DNA of 64,000 nt from Negaprion brevirostris (Eukaryota), in the NCBI GenBank assembly GCA_030324005.1, contig JARDVH010000059.1:68891383-68955382 (forward strand), given 5' to 3'. This document shows, in pieces, positions 36,758-50,028 of the stretch. The notes below the pieces were generated by a model. It saw only the letters and a list, made by a program, of their open reading frames with translations. It was not told the DNA's origin and searched no databases. The translations under genes and the position numbers were made by a program. Position 1 is the first letter of the stretch. Every line of letters begins with the position of its first letter.

Positions 36758-37560
36758 TGTAGAGATGCCGGCATTGGACTGGGGTAAACACGGTAAGAAG
36801 TCTCACAACACCAGGTTAGGGTCCAACCAGTTTAAGCTTTCGGAAACGGTGTTCCTTTGTCAGGTGTGTGGAAAATTCTGATCAGAGAAGAGCATACAAA
36901 GTCACATACAGTTTACAGAATACTGATTAGAATGCAAGTCTTTACAGCTAACCTGCTATTCAAGTCTTAAATATGCATACAATGTGAGTGGAGATAGCAT
37001 TAGCATAGGTTAAAGAGATGTGTATTATCTCCAGACAGGACAGTAAGTGAGGTTTTACAAGCCCAGGCAAGTCATGGGGGTGCAACATGAACCCTAGATC
37101 TCAGTTGAGGCCATGTTCATGTGTGCGGAACTCGGCTATCAGTCTCTGCTCAGCGATACTGCGCTGTCGTGTGTCGTGAAGGCCACCTTGGAGAACACTT
37201 ACCCGAAGATCAGAGACCGAATGCCCGTGACCGCTGAAGTGTTCGCTAACAGGAAGGGAATCTTCAAACAACCGCACAATCTCAAACAGCAAACCCAGCC
37301 TTCAGGAGAACAGTGACCACAACACCACACAACCCTGCCACAGCAACCTCTACAAGACATGCCGGATCATCGACATGGATGACATCATCACATGTGAGAA
37401 TACCATCCACCAGGTACACAGTACATACTCTTGCAACTCGGCCAACGTTGTCTACCTAATACGCTGCAGGAAAGGATGTCCTGAGGCATGGTACATTGGG
37501 GAGACCATGAAGATGCTACGACAATGGATGAATGAACATCGCTCGATAATCACCAGGCAA
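36758..37560 (-). mobile_element. Penelope-like element with 5' inversion: 36758-37260 minus, 37261-37560 plus
   Basis: Minus part: SLPVSEHFSGHGH...IAEQRLIAEFRTHEHGLN plus the 3' terminus. Plus part: NVVYLIRCRKGCPEAWYIGET...RQWMNEHRSII. The two parts are adjacent in the 16.56-kb copy. Confidence 0.9.
36834..36868 (-). ncRNA. Degenerate minimal hammerhead-like motif
   Basis: Minus strand cacac-CTGACAA-a-GGAA(caccgt)TTCC-GAAAgctt. G8>A change and 3' strand of stem I deleted. Confidence 0.65.
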
Positions 37561-38177
37561 TACTGGAAGTGAGACCTACGCCCCTGACTCAGGCAGAAGG
37601 ATGGCAGCTCTAAGTCTCTGCAGCGCTAGTAGCTGCAATGGACAGGATTGGGACTGCAAGCAGTCCCCTCCTCGCTTATGTCCCAGGAGTTGGTAAGTGT
37701 TTGAGTCTCAGGGTAGGATGGGAATGTAAGGCCCAGGGAGTGGGAGAAGGAGGTAGGGGGGTGTTGGTGGAGGCCAACAGGGGCAGAGACAGTACCTGCA
37801 GCAACCAGACCTTTTTGGGGGAGTAGCACCAAATGTTAAAAAGAAGCTGCTGATGGAGGTTCCTCCCACTACCTTCACCGACCCCTATCCAGCCCAAGGC
37901 CTGAACAAGATTACAATTTAGGCTTCACCACTCCTGAACTCTTTCTGTCAGCCTGAAAATTGATGCTGGGTGGGAAATGGCCTTTAAGTGATACTAATTG
38001 GCTCTTTAAGTCCTTCAATTGGGCAGTGATGGACAGGCCGGCCTAGGCCTCACCATCACTGTATAAAGATGTAGTGAGGCCAGGGCGGGCAGGAGCCCAG
38101 AGGGTAGGCCATTTGAGACATTTTCTAGCCACACCTTACTTACAAATCTGCTGCTAGGGGAAAAAAATTCTATCCAA

Positions 38178-38280
38178 AGACTTGCCTTTATATATAGTAT
38201 CTTTCACTGCCTCAGGACATTCTAAACTCTAATTAAGTACTTGAACGGCAGTCACTGTTCTAATGTTGGTAAATCAGCCG
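38178..38280 (-). mobile_element. DeuSINE/SacSINE1-like 3' tail fragment
   Basis: acttgcctttatatatagtatctttcac..cctcaggacattc...cagtcactgtt, similar to 50700-50818. Confidence 0.55.
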
Positions 38281-40147
38281 ACCGTACACATACAGAGAAT
38301 TTAGGGGCTCCTCCAGTGTTGCTTAACCCACCTGACAGTGTTGAAAATTTCAGGATCATCTTGCAGCACTGTCAAACTGCAAGAGTTTCATCCCATTATT
38401 GTCAAATTCTAAAATCATGTTAATATTAATACCAAATCCCAGGGCATCTCTCTATATAGGCAAATGCCAAGATTCCAATTGTGATTGTGCCAAACCCCAG
38501 GATTATTTCTCTAATGCTGTCTCCCTTCATATGCTGTAAATGGCAGTACTACATTCCCCTAATGCTGCAATATCTAATGCAGGATCTTCACCCCAGACCT
38601 GCTAACTCCCAAGAGCACCTGCATGACACACCAATGGTCAGGTGTGTAAACACTGCTGCTAAACTCCAGAAAATTTCCGAAACAAGGCTACTGAATTCCA
38701 GTTGCCATTCTTTCAATGTGATTGTCTTTTCTTACTCTTGATTTATACAGCGGGCTGATAAAAAGATAAGTGGTAAAATTTGAGTACAGAGGTATGTAAG
38801 AGTTAAGGTCATGTATATCTGGGCCTGAATTTTCCAGCCCTTACCACCAGCAGGATCCTCCAGTTCCGCCAACGTGAATGGAGATTTCAATGACTAGCCG
38901 GCCCTCCCATTATAGGAAATGGGAGACAATTGCAGAATTTAATGTGCAGAACATTAGTTAAAAATACTAGGTTACCATAAAATAAAAACTCTGTTTGAAG
39001 TATTCAGTCACCACAAATCCATGATCTTGATTGTACATCCAATCCATAGCATCGCATTCCAGTTATTGTGAAACAACTTATTCTGCAAATCATATGAATA
39101 ACATGACAGGAACTTGGCTAATTTGTACAAATAAAATGTAAATTAATAATAACAAACTAGCATGTGGTTGACGCAGGTTCCAAAAGAAATACATGCAACC
39201 AAACAGAATTATTTACAGTATCATTCATTGGGTTCCAATGAAAGGTATTGACCTGAGATATGAGTGTTTCTTGTTGGAGGCAGGAGGTGAAAGCCAGGAT
39301 TAATCCCGATGTCATTATTCCACTTCTATTCTTGCAGTGTTGGCAGCCAGGATTGTCATCTCTCATAGGGCCAGACAACCTGGAGACAGGCCCTCTGTCC
39401 AGATGGAAACAGATGTTAAAGTAAAAGTTGGCCAAAGTTAGATCAATCACAGAGACATTGGCCTGGGTCTTCATTGTTATCAGTAGCTTTTCCAGATAAA
39501 GTTAAACTAGATTAGTGTAAAGCACCCCCTCACCTTCACCCCTATCAATCCACTCACTCCCTTACCCACCTCACCCTTCTTTACCTTCCCTATATCATCA
39601 GTGCCACATTTAGACTCTATCCTCTCACCCCTTCATTCCCACCTCCATCTCCACTAAACCATCATCCCCTCACCACCTATTAACTCAATACTCCACTTGC
39701 TATCCATTTTATAAACAGAACTCATGACTGGTAAACAAGAGACCATTGCTCCACCCCCTTTTCAGAGCGCCACTAAAATTGGCCAGGAATGGAAATGAAA
39801 ATAGGGCTTTCACTTTCCCATCTGGGCATCTCCTTTTACAAATCCTGCTCTCTTTGGTCCCATTTCAGGCCTACAAACTCCTGGTCATTAATCCTGTTTC
39901 TTTCTGCCAGACCTCATTATGGTCCCTATAGAGACGCATAACTTTAAAAAAAAATCAAACTTCCAGTTGATGAACAGATGACATGCCAAGATTTTATGTT
40001 TCAAGATGTTTATTGTAACAAACTAAAAACACTTGACTAAACATTATTTTTGTAGGCAACTTATACTTTCTGATATATAACCAAACTTTGAACATAATTG
40101 AATAAACAAAGTTCTCCTAGCATCAGTCCAAAATGCTCCTTAGCTCT

Positions 40148-41250
40148 TAACTCCAACTTATTGACCACTGTTCGGTCGTCAACAACATTATTCCTATAAA
40201 ACCCATCTCCAAACTCTGTGACCTAGGGTTCGGTTCCCCCCACTGCAGGAGGATCCTAGATTTCCTAACTCCCAGATTGAAATCAGTAAGGATAGACAGC
40301 AGCACTTCCTCCACGATCATCTTCAGCATCAATGCTCCACAAGGCTGTGTCCTCAGCCCCTTATTATACTCCTTATACATCTCTGACTGTGCGCCCAAAT
40401 TGTCTTCTAACTCGATTTCCAACTTTGTTGATGACAGCACCATTGTGGGTCAGATTTCAAGCAGTGACAAGACGGAGTACAGCAGACAGCTAGAGAATCT
40501 GGTGAACTAGTACGATGAAAATAATCTCACTCTCAGTGTCAGTAAAATGAAGACAATTGCCATTGACTTCAGGAAGCATAGTGGAGGACATGCTCCTGTT
40601 TGCATAATGGGGATGATGTGGAAATGGTCACCAACTTCAAGTTCAAGCTTCGAGATCACCAACAACCTGTCGTGGGCTCTGCACATCAATACTATAGTTA
40701 AAAAAGCCACCAATGCCTCCACTTTCTCAGAAGGCTTAGGAAATTTGACATGTCCACTACGACTCTCACCAAATTTACAGATACACCATAGTAAGCATTC
40801 TTTCTGGTTGTATCACTGCTTGGTATGGCTCCTGCTTTGGCCAATACTGCAAGAAACTACAAAGGGTCGTGAACGAAGGCCAGTGCATCATGCAAAGCAG
40901 CCTCCCACCCATTGACTCTGTCTACACTTCCCACTACCACAGAAAAGCAGCCAGCGTAATCAAGAACCCCATGCATCCCAGACATTCTCTCTTCCACCTT
41001 CTTCCATTGGGAAAAAGATACAAACGTCTGAGGTCATGTACCAATCTACTGAAGAATAACTTCTTCCCTGCTGCCATCAAACTTTTGAATGGATCTACCT
41101 CATATTAAGTTGATCTTTCTCTATACCCTAGCTACGACTGTAACACTACATTCTGCCTTCTCTATGTACGCATAGTGCACAAGAAACAATGCTTTGCATT
41201 GTTTGCATTGTTTACTGAAACATGTGACAATAATAAATCAAATCAAATCA
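40148..41250 (+). mobile_element. Rex1/Babar-clade LINE, 5'-truncated in RT, complete 3' end
   Basis: APQGCVLSPLLYSLY, FVDDSTIVG, IKNPMHPRHSLFHLLPLGKRYK. Tail aataaa(tcaaa)n. Confidence 0.92.
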
Positions 41251-43220
41251 AGTTCTGATAGTTTCCTTGCCCAACCTGGAAATGATTAATTGCCTTTCAC
41301 AGTGGCAATTTTCATAAAGATTTTTTTCTCTAGCTAAAGCTTTGTAAATCTTCCAGCCTCCCCTTAATTCCTCATGAATTTGATATTTCCAATCCCAGCA
41401 AAATATCTGACCCCCATTCCTGAGTGATGAATCACAGAGACTTTCAGCCTTTAGCTGTTCTTTCTCTCTTGGATTCTGCCAGATTAACTTTATTTGTGAG
41501 TCTTCAGGGATATGCTGGACCACACCCTCACAAAACCCTCCCATGTGTCAATGTGAATCAAATAGGCCTTGTATCCAGGTAGAAATGCTGATTGGCTAGC
41601 TTTGAGAACTGTTGAGTATTTCTAGCACTTTCTGTTTTTATTTCAGAGTTCCTGCATTTGTGCTTTTTTTTAAATTACATTCATCCAGTTGGCTTCAATC
41701 TTCCTTACTTGACACACAGTGCATATAACTTCCTTTCCTCAATGCTTTATCTTTGTTAATATTAGATCCATATTTATTTAAGTAAACTGTCTATGTGCTA
41801 ACCATGTATATCATAACTTGAATTGTAATTATATATACAATATATATACATAAAATATATATGCTGCCAATCTTAACTGAAGCACTTTATAAAGGGACCT
41901 AGAAATTAGTTTTGGCCCGTTTTTGGGTACATAACCAATATCACACAAACAGTACGTGTTCCATTGGGTCTCGGATCTCATTCACATTACTTGCTGAGGT
42001 TGCAGCAACAGCTTAAGAATTCTGAGTGGAGCAGGCCTGTTTCCTGCTCTGCTATATGGTATCCAATTTAACAGAGCAATCCAAAAACAGATGTTGAGGC
42101 TCTTATTGTCATATATAGGGGGCCTAACAGCTAGCTTAAGTCGCTGTCAGGGATGCCTGAAAAATTGTCCAATATTAGATTGGATGTCTTTCAGATATCC
42201 TTGGGGCTCAGAGTGTGGATTCCTGAAATTGGCCTTAATAACACTCATTTTGCACGGATGAAATGGATGTAACTAGATGTAATTTCCACTCTAGAATGTC
42301 TGGGCTATTTGGAACCTGGAATCCCTCCCTACAACATAGTTCAGAATGTGATGACTTTCGAAATGCTTTCATCAATGGAAATTGTAGAATTGCCAGTTTT
42401 CTGACCGAATGAGTCGATTTCAATTTTGTTTCTTTCACGGCAAGTCAATGGAATAAAGTATGCAAATAAAAATGTACCTTGACTTCTGGTGTACCTTGTC
42501 TTTTTGGTGAGAAATCCAGCCACTAGCCTCCTGATGCAGTCTGATTAGTGAGTCATACAGCACGAGTGATTATTCATCCTTAATGGGGAATGTTTGAAAT
42601 CTTGTTGGAAAAATAGCTTCAATACAAAAAAGGGTTAACAGAGGGAATTTTTTTTCAATTCAGTAGTTCATCATGAGCTCAGACTTAGGTAGCCAAGGGA
42701 CTTCACAAGTTGAAGCTTGCATCATGTGTATCATGATCAAGACATTGATTTAAGGTAACTTAATAGGTCGATTTCTGTTTTTGTACGCGAGATTCTGTTT
42801 CTTGTTCTTAACTAGCATTTGGGGAATTGCGTTCCATGATTCCATCCTTTATAATTAGGGCCACCAGTAACTGCTAAGTCAAATTTCACTTTTATTACAT
42901 GATATTATGCAATTTTTTTTACCAGAGTATTGGGATCATAATCTGTTATTCCATCCGAAACTGCAAAATGTTCTTGATTGGTGATTCAGTTCCAACTGAA
43001 AGTGAGACCAAAAAGGGATAAGAATCTGATCAAAGACAGAGAACAATTATCCAAAGATGATTCTACAAACCTTTGACTAACATTTATGTTTGATGATACT
43101 TGTTAGATTATCACACACTTCAGATTCTGATGGAATTGTAAATATTTTAATTGTAAATGTGCCAGTCTGTTTCATAAGATTGAAGTGTATACAATCTGTA
43201 CTTCTTGTNNNNNNNNNNNN

Positions 43221-43900
43221 GGGTGGACTTACGCCATTATTGTTTGCATATTAAGCACCACCTCCTTACAGGAAGGAAAATGTGGCAGAAGGATCACAGC
43301 CTGACAGTCAATGCTGACACCCTAAGACCCCTCCAAATAGCCATTTCTGCCATTCCCAACTCCCATTTCTGCATCCTCCCACCCACCACAAAATAATGAA
43401 AACCCCTCCCCCATGAGGCTGCCATTGGGGTCTGTTCTGGCACTGCCCCTTGGCACAGATTGACATTTCTAGGATGACACTGCCAGGTTGGCACTGCCAG
43501 ATTGACATGGTACCAACTTGTACCAAGGGCTAGGGCCAGGAGGCATTGCCAGGGTACTGCATAGCCATGTCCCTCACTCCTGGGGGTTGTACTTACCTTT
43601 ACATCCTGCTGGGGGCGGGAGGAGCCGCGTGACAGGTTTTCATTCTGGGTGAACCTGTTGTAAACTGCGCTGATATGAATACACAGCGCGAGGGGAGGAA
43701 TCAATTTAACTGAGGGAGTATTAATGACATGTAAATACATTAAGTATATTTAAATCACATTCACACCTTATGTCACTGGCGAGTCAGTGAAAATCGGAGG
43801 TTGCAATCTCACTGGTGAGATCCATGACTTCCAGGGTTTCACCAAATCTTGGGCCCCTGTCGCCATTCCCACGGATGGCAAGCGTGGGCTCAATTTCACC
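43221..43900. mobile_element. Harbinger-type non-autonomous element
   Basis: ggcactgcc motifs and an ends-like aatttcaccc. Similar to 32959-34271. Confidence 0.5.
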
Positions 43901-43904
43901 CGAT

Positions 43905-44007
43905 GTGTTCCTCTCCGCACAAATGATGCCAGACCTACTGAGTTTATCCAGCANNNNNNNNNNTTTCTGTTTTTATTTTAGATATCCAGAATCTGCAGTT
44001 TTTGCTT
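43905..44007 (+). repeat. Short interspersed repeat end (second copy at ~41612-41668); family uncertain
   Basis: ctgagtttatccagca...tttctgtttttattt(c)agatatccagaatctgcagtttttgct shared between the two loci. Confidence 0.55.
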
Positions 44008-44486
44008 AAATTTGTGTTCTGCCTGTCTCAACAGCAACAGGCACAAGCAAGTCATGAGACAAGAATCCTATACCCAGAAACAGGCTAGAATTCATTTCTA
44101 GCCCAGGAATGTTTGTCTGTCTTCTGTGAAATGCCAGAGTATAGAGATCCACGTACAACTTTTCTGCATGATTTAACTTAATTTGCAAACAATGGCTGAA
44201 GGAGAAGCCTAAAGCCATCCTGATCATTCCCTATTTTAAGTTGGAGTAGTGGCCCAAACTACTAGAGGGCAATTTATAAATGAATGTAACCATGTTAAAA
44301 TGACTTATAAACTAAACATTGTTGAAGGCAGAACTAGTTGTCGGGGAACTTTGCCTACAAACTTGATGTTAAATAGATTAACGCCCACACAGAATTGAAC
44401 AGTTTGAACAGGAATGCTGTGCTGGTGTATTTAGTCATTGCATGTCAATTGTTGGGAATTGTTACCTACTCATCCATTTAAACATA

Positions 44487-44796
44487 ACAGCTCCAGACAC
44501 CTGGGTTCAAATCCAACCTTGAGTTACTGTCTTGCATGGATTTTCTCCAGATGTTCCGGCTTTCTCCCACAGTTGAAAAAAGTGCAGGTTAGGTGGATTG
44601 GCCATGCTAAATTGCCCCTTAGTGTCCCAAGATGTATAGGTTGGATGGATTAGCCATGGGAAATACACAGGGTTATGGGGATAGGGTGAGGGAGAGGGCC
44701 TGGGTAAGATACTCTTTCAGAGAGGCAGTGCAGACACAATGGACCAAATGGCCTATTTTGCACTGTAGGGATTCTATGATTCTATTTTATGATTCT
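44487..44796 (+). mobile_element. HE1-like V-SINE, 5'-eroded
   Basis: B box ggttcaaatcc, ttctcccacag...gtgcaggttaggtggattggccatgctaaattgcccc, (gattctat)n tail. Confidence 0.88.
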
Positions 44797-46069
44797 TATT
44801 GGTAAACCTGGAATTTGTGCTACTGGATATGTGGGGATTATGTGCAATACAGAGTATGAATAACATAATATTGGTGAACAGGTAACACTTCCATAGGACT
44901 GAGATGGGTGACAGTTGCACAGGAAGTGTATGTTATTTGCATGGTTCCTGTATCCATTAAAAAGTAAAGCAAATAGGCAATGGTGGCTTCAATATAGCAA
45001 TAGATCTCCGCTTTGGCATTACCAGTTTCTCTGCACTGGGGAGCATGTGAGGTATCAAGATGCAAGACAACCTAAAATACATGCATGGCTGCATGACTCA
45101 TTCGGTACCAAATGCATTCAATAGTTTATTTGCAGCATCCTACAGGTTGAAAAGTGGCTCAACAGTTAAAAGAAAATGCTAATTCTAAATGTTCATGTGG
45201 GTACATTACATAACTGACTGAAACAAATGAAATAGCTCAGGTAATTAGATTAAGATGCTGCTTTTGTTGTTTGAGACATTAGATACTGCAGGCTTTCGCA
45301 GTTTGGGTAAGAGTTCATTTCATTTTGTGAGCACATTTCCTGGTTCTGCTACCATTACTATCAATCAGAAAATTCAGTAGCATTTCTGGTAATTGTCTGA
45401 CAGACTCCAAGTGCAACATATACCCTTGTCATGTCAAATAAATGGAGCTGACACTGGAATTAGGAAATGAGAACTTCCTGTCCGAAGGCAAAAACACTGC
45501 ACATGTGAAGTCATGTCATAACCAATATACACATAATCAAGAGGCTTTTGTTTCTTGATTTCAATGTATGAAAAGGACTTGCTGTTACATGCTTTTTCAC
45601 CTGTCCTGTGGCAGTAAATTCCCTGGTAGATGGATATCACACATCTCTGGACAAGTACATGGATTTGTATATTTTTAAAAACATTTTTATTGAATTTTGA
45701 TTAGTCTTTAAGGGTATGGGCACTTAAAAGTAGCCTGTCGTCTTAAATGGTACAAAAAGGATTTTTACGAAAGGTCTATAGAAAAAGATACTGGCACTGT
45801 TACAGTATCTCATTCACCTTTAGTTAACCTGTTGTTATCCTTTTGTTCAGAATTCACTTTTATATCATATCATGAATGGATAATGATGTGTGTAATGAAT
45901 TATCTCTGCTCACGATATCATTGAATTGAAATATCTTGATCCCGCATTGCAGCAGTGTACTCCTTTTCATTATTTAGGATGATATGATAGTTCACATGAA
46001 TTCTGTAATAGTAGCCCAATATTCATATGATAAGATTGGATTTTCCAGGACTGGAAAGGTAAAGATGTG

Positions 46070-46199
46070 GGGCAGGATTTTCCAGCTGCACACAACCCAA
46101 GACCAGAAATTCCCGCGTTAGGATCTTTACACAGCCTGCCGAATTTTCTGTCCTGTCCGCTATGATTCCTGCAGCAGGCGGGACGGGAAAATTCTGCCC
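46070..46199. mobile_element. Harbinger-type MITE (~130 bp)
   Basis: TIRs gggcaggattttcc / ggaaaattctgccc. Confidence 0.8.
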
Positions 46200-46255
46200 A
46201 TAATTTTAAAATAAATATTACTTTACCTTTTAGCAAACCCGAGGACATAGGCATG

Positions 46256-46930
46256 TGCAGTAGCAAATGGGTTGATGAACTTTCTAATACTTGGAGAATG
46301 AAAAAAAAATCGTGTGATTTACATGCAGCTTGTTTTCATGCATCTCAGATAGATGCAAAATTTGTTTTTGTGTGCCCAGACAGGGAGACTGCAGCTGCCC
46401 TTGCTGTGGTACACAAGTTTATGATAGTCCGTTCAGAAATGTAGCTGACCCAGCTCGTATCTATGTTTGTGTCTTTAATTTTATGGACCTTTGCCTAACA
46501 TAGTGAAGCTTGCATGCCCTAAATATATATTCATTATGTACTGCTTATGTGTCATGTACCAACATATTATGTATATTGTATGGTACATAACTTATGAACA
46601 TAGATGGTTATGTCGGCCCATTAATTTTAACTTGTCTTGTCGGCCTGTGTGTTAGCTAAGGGCTAATCACACACGTCAATTGCGGCCTTGAGATAACCAT
46701 GAAGAAATGCCGAGGCAGCCATGTTCCCANNNNNNNNNNNNNNNNNNNNNNNNNNNNNNNNNNNNNNNNNNNNNNNNNNNNNNNNNNNNNNNNNNNNNNN
46801 NNNNNNNNNNNNNNNNNNNNNNNNNNNNNNNNNNNNNNNNNNNNNNCCTGGTGTATCTCCCAAAAGCTTTTGAATAAACTTGCTGTACTTTGACTCATAA
46901 TTGGTCTCAGAGGTATCTTTACCTACAACA
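46256..46930 (+). mobile_element. Solo LTR (~675 bp including gap)
   Basis: TG...CA termini with short inverted repeats tgcagtag / ctacaaca. Exact 5-bp TSD GCATG at 46251-46255 and 46931-46935. AATAAA ~55 bp from the 3' end. Confidence 0.75.
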
Positions 46931-46957
46931 GCATGGCTTAATCTCTATTTATACTTT

Positions 46958-49900
46958 AAAAAAAACATGTTCACATTGAAGATTTTCCATTTTACCAAAT
47001 AACACAACAAATCCCCAAAATTCAGTACAGCACCGAACAATCATTCCACATATACACACAGAAAAGATCTGCAAATATCACTACAATTGGTTTGAATTAT
47101 CAGTTACTATTTGTTGTAATTGGCATCTCCCTTCATAGAGATAATGAAAGGATATTACAAGGAGTGGAGGAGATCAGGATAACAGGATAAAGCCATGAAC
47201 ACATGGCACAATGAAGCACACCCTTGCCCACAGAATAACAAGAACTGAGCTACACAAAGTAAGCCCCTGTGGAGTCAAATACAATTAATCGGGGCTTAAA
47301 ATAGCACCCCAAAACCTACAAATAATGAAAGGATACACCAGAAGGGGGAGCGTCAGGATACAATCCCAAACCCAAGACATGGCATGACAGTGTGCACTCT
47401 CATGTTTCAATAGAAACCATAGAAAACCACTGGACTGACCACAAAACCAGCCTCCCTCCTCTCCAGCGATACCACAGATGCCACTCAAGCATCACATCAG
47501 CCAAAACATTTAACCCATTTCCCCAGCAAGGAGATCCCATCAACCAGAAGGACATCCACAAATGGGATATCTCAGGGAGATGCAATCCTCTTCCCAACAA
47601 GATGAGGAAAACCCTGTAGGTTAAATACAACAAGCATGCACTGACCCAGATAATGAAAGAGAACCTTGGGGAGAGAGGGACACTAGGATAAGATCATAGA
47701 CGTAAGTTGTGGTCTGACAGTGCATACTTTCAAATGCAAGATATCAGGAACAGAGCAACACAGCCTCATAGGAGAAACTTGGATAAGTATCTGGGCTCAT
47801 ACTCAGGCCCTGCAGACAACAGGAATACCCCCACCAGGGCTACCTAAACCTCAAGAAGAAGAATTGTGCAGAAATCCCCAAAAGGAAAAATCTCCAGGAG
47901 GATACCCTCCTCCCTCATCTGGTATATTCTTCATAGGGTTTGGAATGGATGATCAAAGTAACTGCTGCCCTAACCTTTCCAGCCAAGATAAGCTAAGGAC
48001 AATGTCACATTTGAAACAAGGACCAACAAGCCAGGAATACTCCCACTACCTCTGGGCTTCAGCAAATTTCTCCTATCTTCAGTCACACCAAAGGTGTCAT
48101 TCAGACCCCTCCATCAACAGGATTCCAAACATTTTCTCCTCACTATGGAAACCCTAACAACATGAGGAGTTGTCATCCAGAGATCCATAGTTGGGATGTC
48201 TCAGAGAAAGACAAGAACGTTAATAATATGCCCATTATATATTCCAGGAGCTAAACATGTAGCATAACCCATGTAGCCAAGAAAAATATAGAAACCAAGC
48301 CATAAAAGGCTAGACAACCAAGGATTACCTGACCATGCTCGTGTACCAGTATTTCCCCAAAGTCAGCTATGCCAACAATAAAACCCAATCTTTTCCAGGA
48401 TACATGATTTGTCTGTACTTTCACAGGAGATCAACAAGGATTATTTAACTTCAAACTAACAAAAATAGAAAAAAAAATGCAACAACATTAGTCCTGAAGG
48501 GGTTTTTCCTCACCCACTACGAGGACATAAGGCCATACCAACCGCTTCTATACCAAACGATTTGCCCACCACCCTGATGTGGCGCTACTCATATGATCCA
48601 TTATGAAAGTAAAGGATACCATCTCATGTAATCCTCCATTACAAATGCCAAGATCACAACACAGAAAAAGGTTAAAAATCACATAATCATGATTCCATAC
48701 CATCATCCTAGCTTGCTCCCCAATAGAACAATGGAGATCCATCATCTGTTCACAAACAAAGGAAATATCTCCATTTAACAAACACCAGATCCTAAGGATT
48801 TCAATTTGATATAGGTCCAGAAGCAGGGTGACAGACCCCCTTACCCACCCCACTATCCTGGTACCACACAAAAAGACCAAGAAAACACATGTTAAANNNN
48901 NNNNNNNNNNNNNNNNNNNNNNNNNNNNNNNNNNNNNNNNNNNNNNNNNNNNNNNNNNNNNNNNNNNNNNNNNNNNNNNNNNNNNNNNNNNNNNNNAAAT
49001 GAAGGTGTCCGTCGTGCTACCACCAGAGCATACTGGTAGATGAATTCCATTATAAATAAATGGATATTTCTGGCTTTCAAAGAACAACAGGATAATGTGT
49101 AATCTATGCCTTAGTGCACATGTGTCAAACATCCTGGTCAGGGTAAAAGACAACATCACAAAACCAGGATTATAATGTCAAGGGATTAATCACATTAAGG
49201 ATCCATCTATTGTTTCGCTGTAGTCTCTACACTTCCGTTGCGTCATCACTTAAAGTTCCAGTAGAGAGAGATTTAGGCCCTAGCAGGCAACAAGGCCCCA
49301 TTGTGTCCAGCTGCCTCCAGCCCTTCTTGACAAACACTGAGGTCAAGATCGTGTAAAACCCCAGATCTCAAAGACCGGATATGTATGCCTCTTCAAACTT
49401 GCAACGTCCAGCCTTCAAACCAAGATTATAAAAGCATGGCAGTCCAGTTCTCAAATTTAGCTTTAAATTTACCCTCAGCACCCCTCAGAAGATCAGTTGC
49501 ACAGATACCCTTTTTCAACCTCACCTTCCCAAATTAACCAGGATGTCTGGCATACTATGCAGCAGTATTTCCAAAGACTGGAAGTGAGCGAGAAAACTGC
49601 CCACTCGACTAAAAGGATTCTTTCCTTTGCTTCATCCTTTTCTTTTTGGATATCTTGGAGTTCACCAACATGAGCACCAATGACTTGTGTTGGGGAGCCA
49701 AGACTATCATCCACAATTTTTACTCACAATGGCAGCCATCATCTCGATACTCATAATGTCATTGGAGTGTGAACTCGCTCACCAGTTAAACTGCCGCTGT
49801 GAACAAGACCCCACCTCACTGGTCTCTGATTGCCTGGGTCAAAAGAGAACCTTCTTGACTCCTGAAAGTCCAACTTAACCAGGCTCTTCCAGGAATATAC

Positions 49901-50028
49901 CGCAGAATTTACGCTCCAGGATAAGATGATTATGTGTTGTTCATTAGGATAAATAAAGGATTAAAAGATAAGTAGTGTTAGAACTTGTGGAAATGCAGCC
50001 ACTCATGTATATACATCATGTGACCCCC
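46958..50028 (-). mobile_element. L1-clade LINE with both termini but heavily internally deleted
   Basis: 17-bp TSD atctctatttata(c/t)ttt at 46941-46957 and 50029-50045. 5' end GGGGGTCACATGATG. ORF1 relics (EGAEG, EEAY, DL-SV-KK-like) at 49.3-49.8 kb and ORF2 relics (CPLSP-like near 47.67 kb). Confidence 0.8.
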
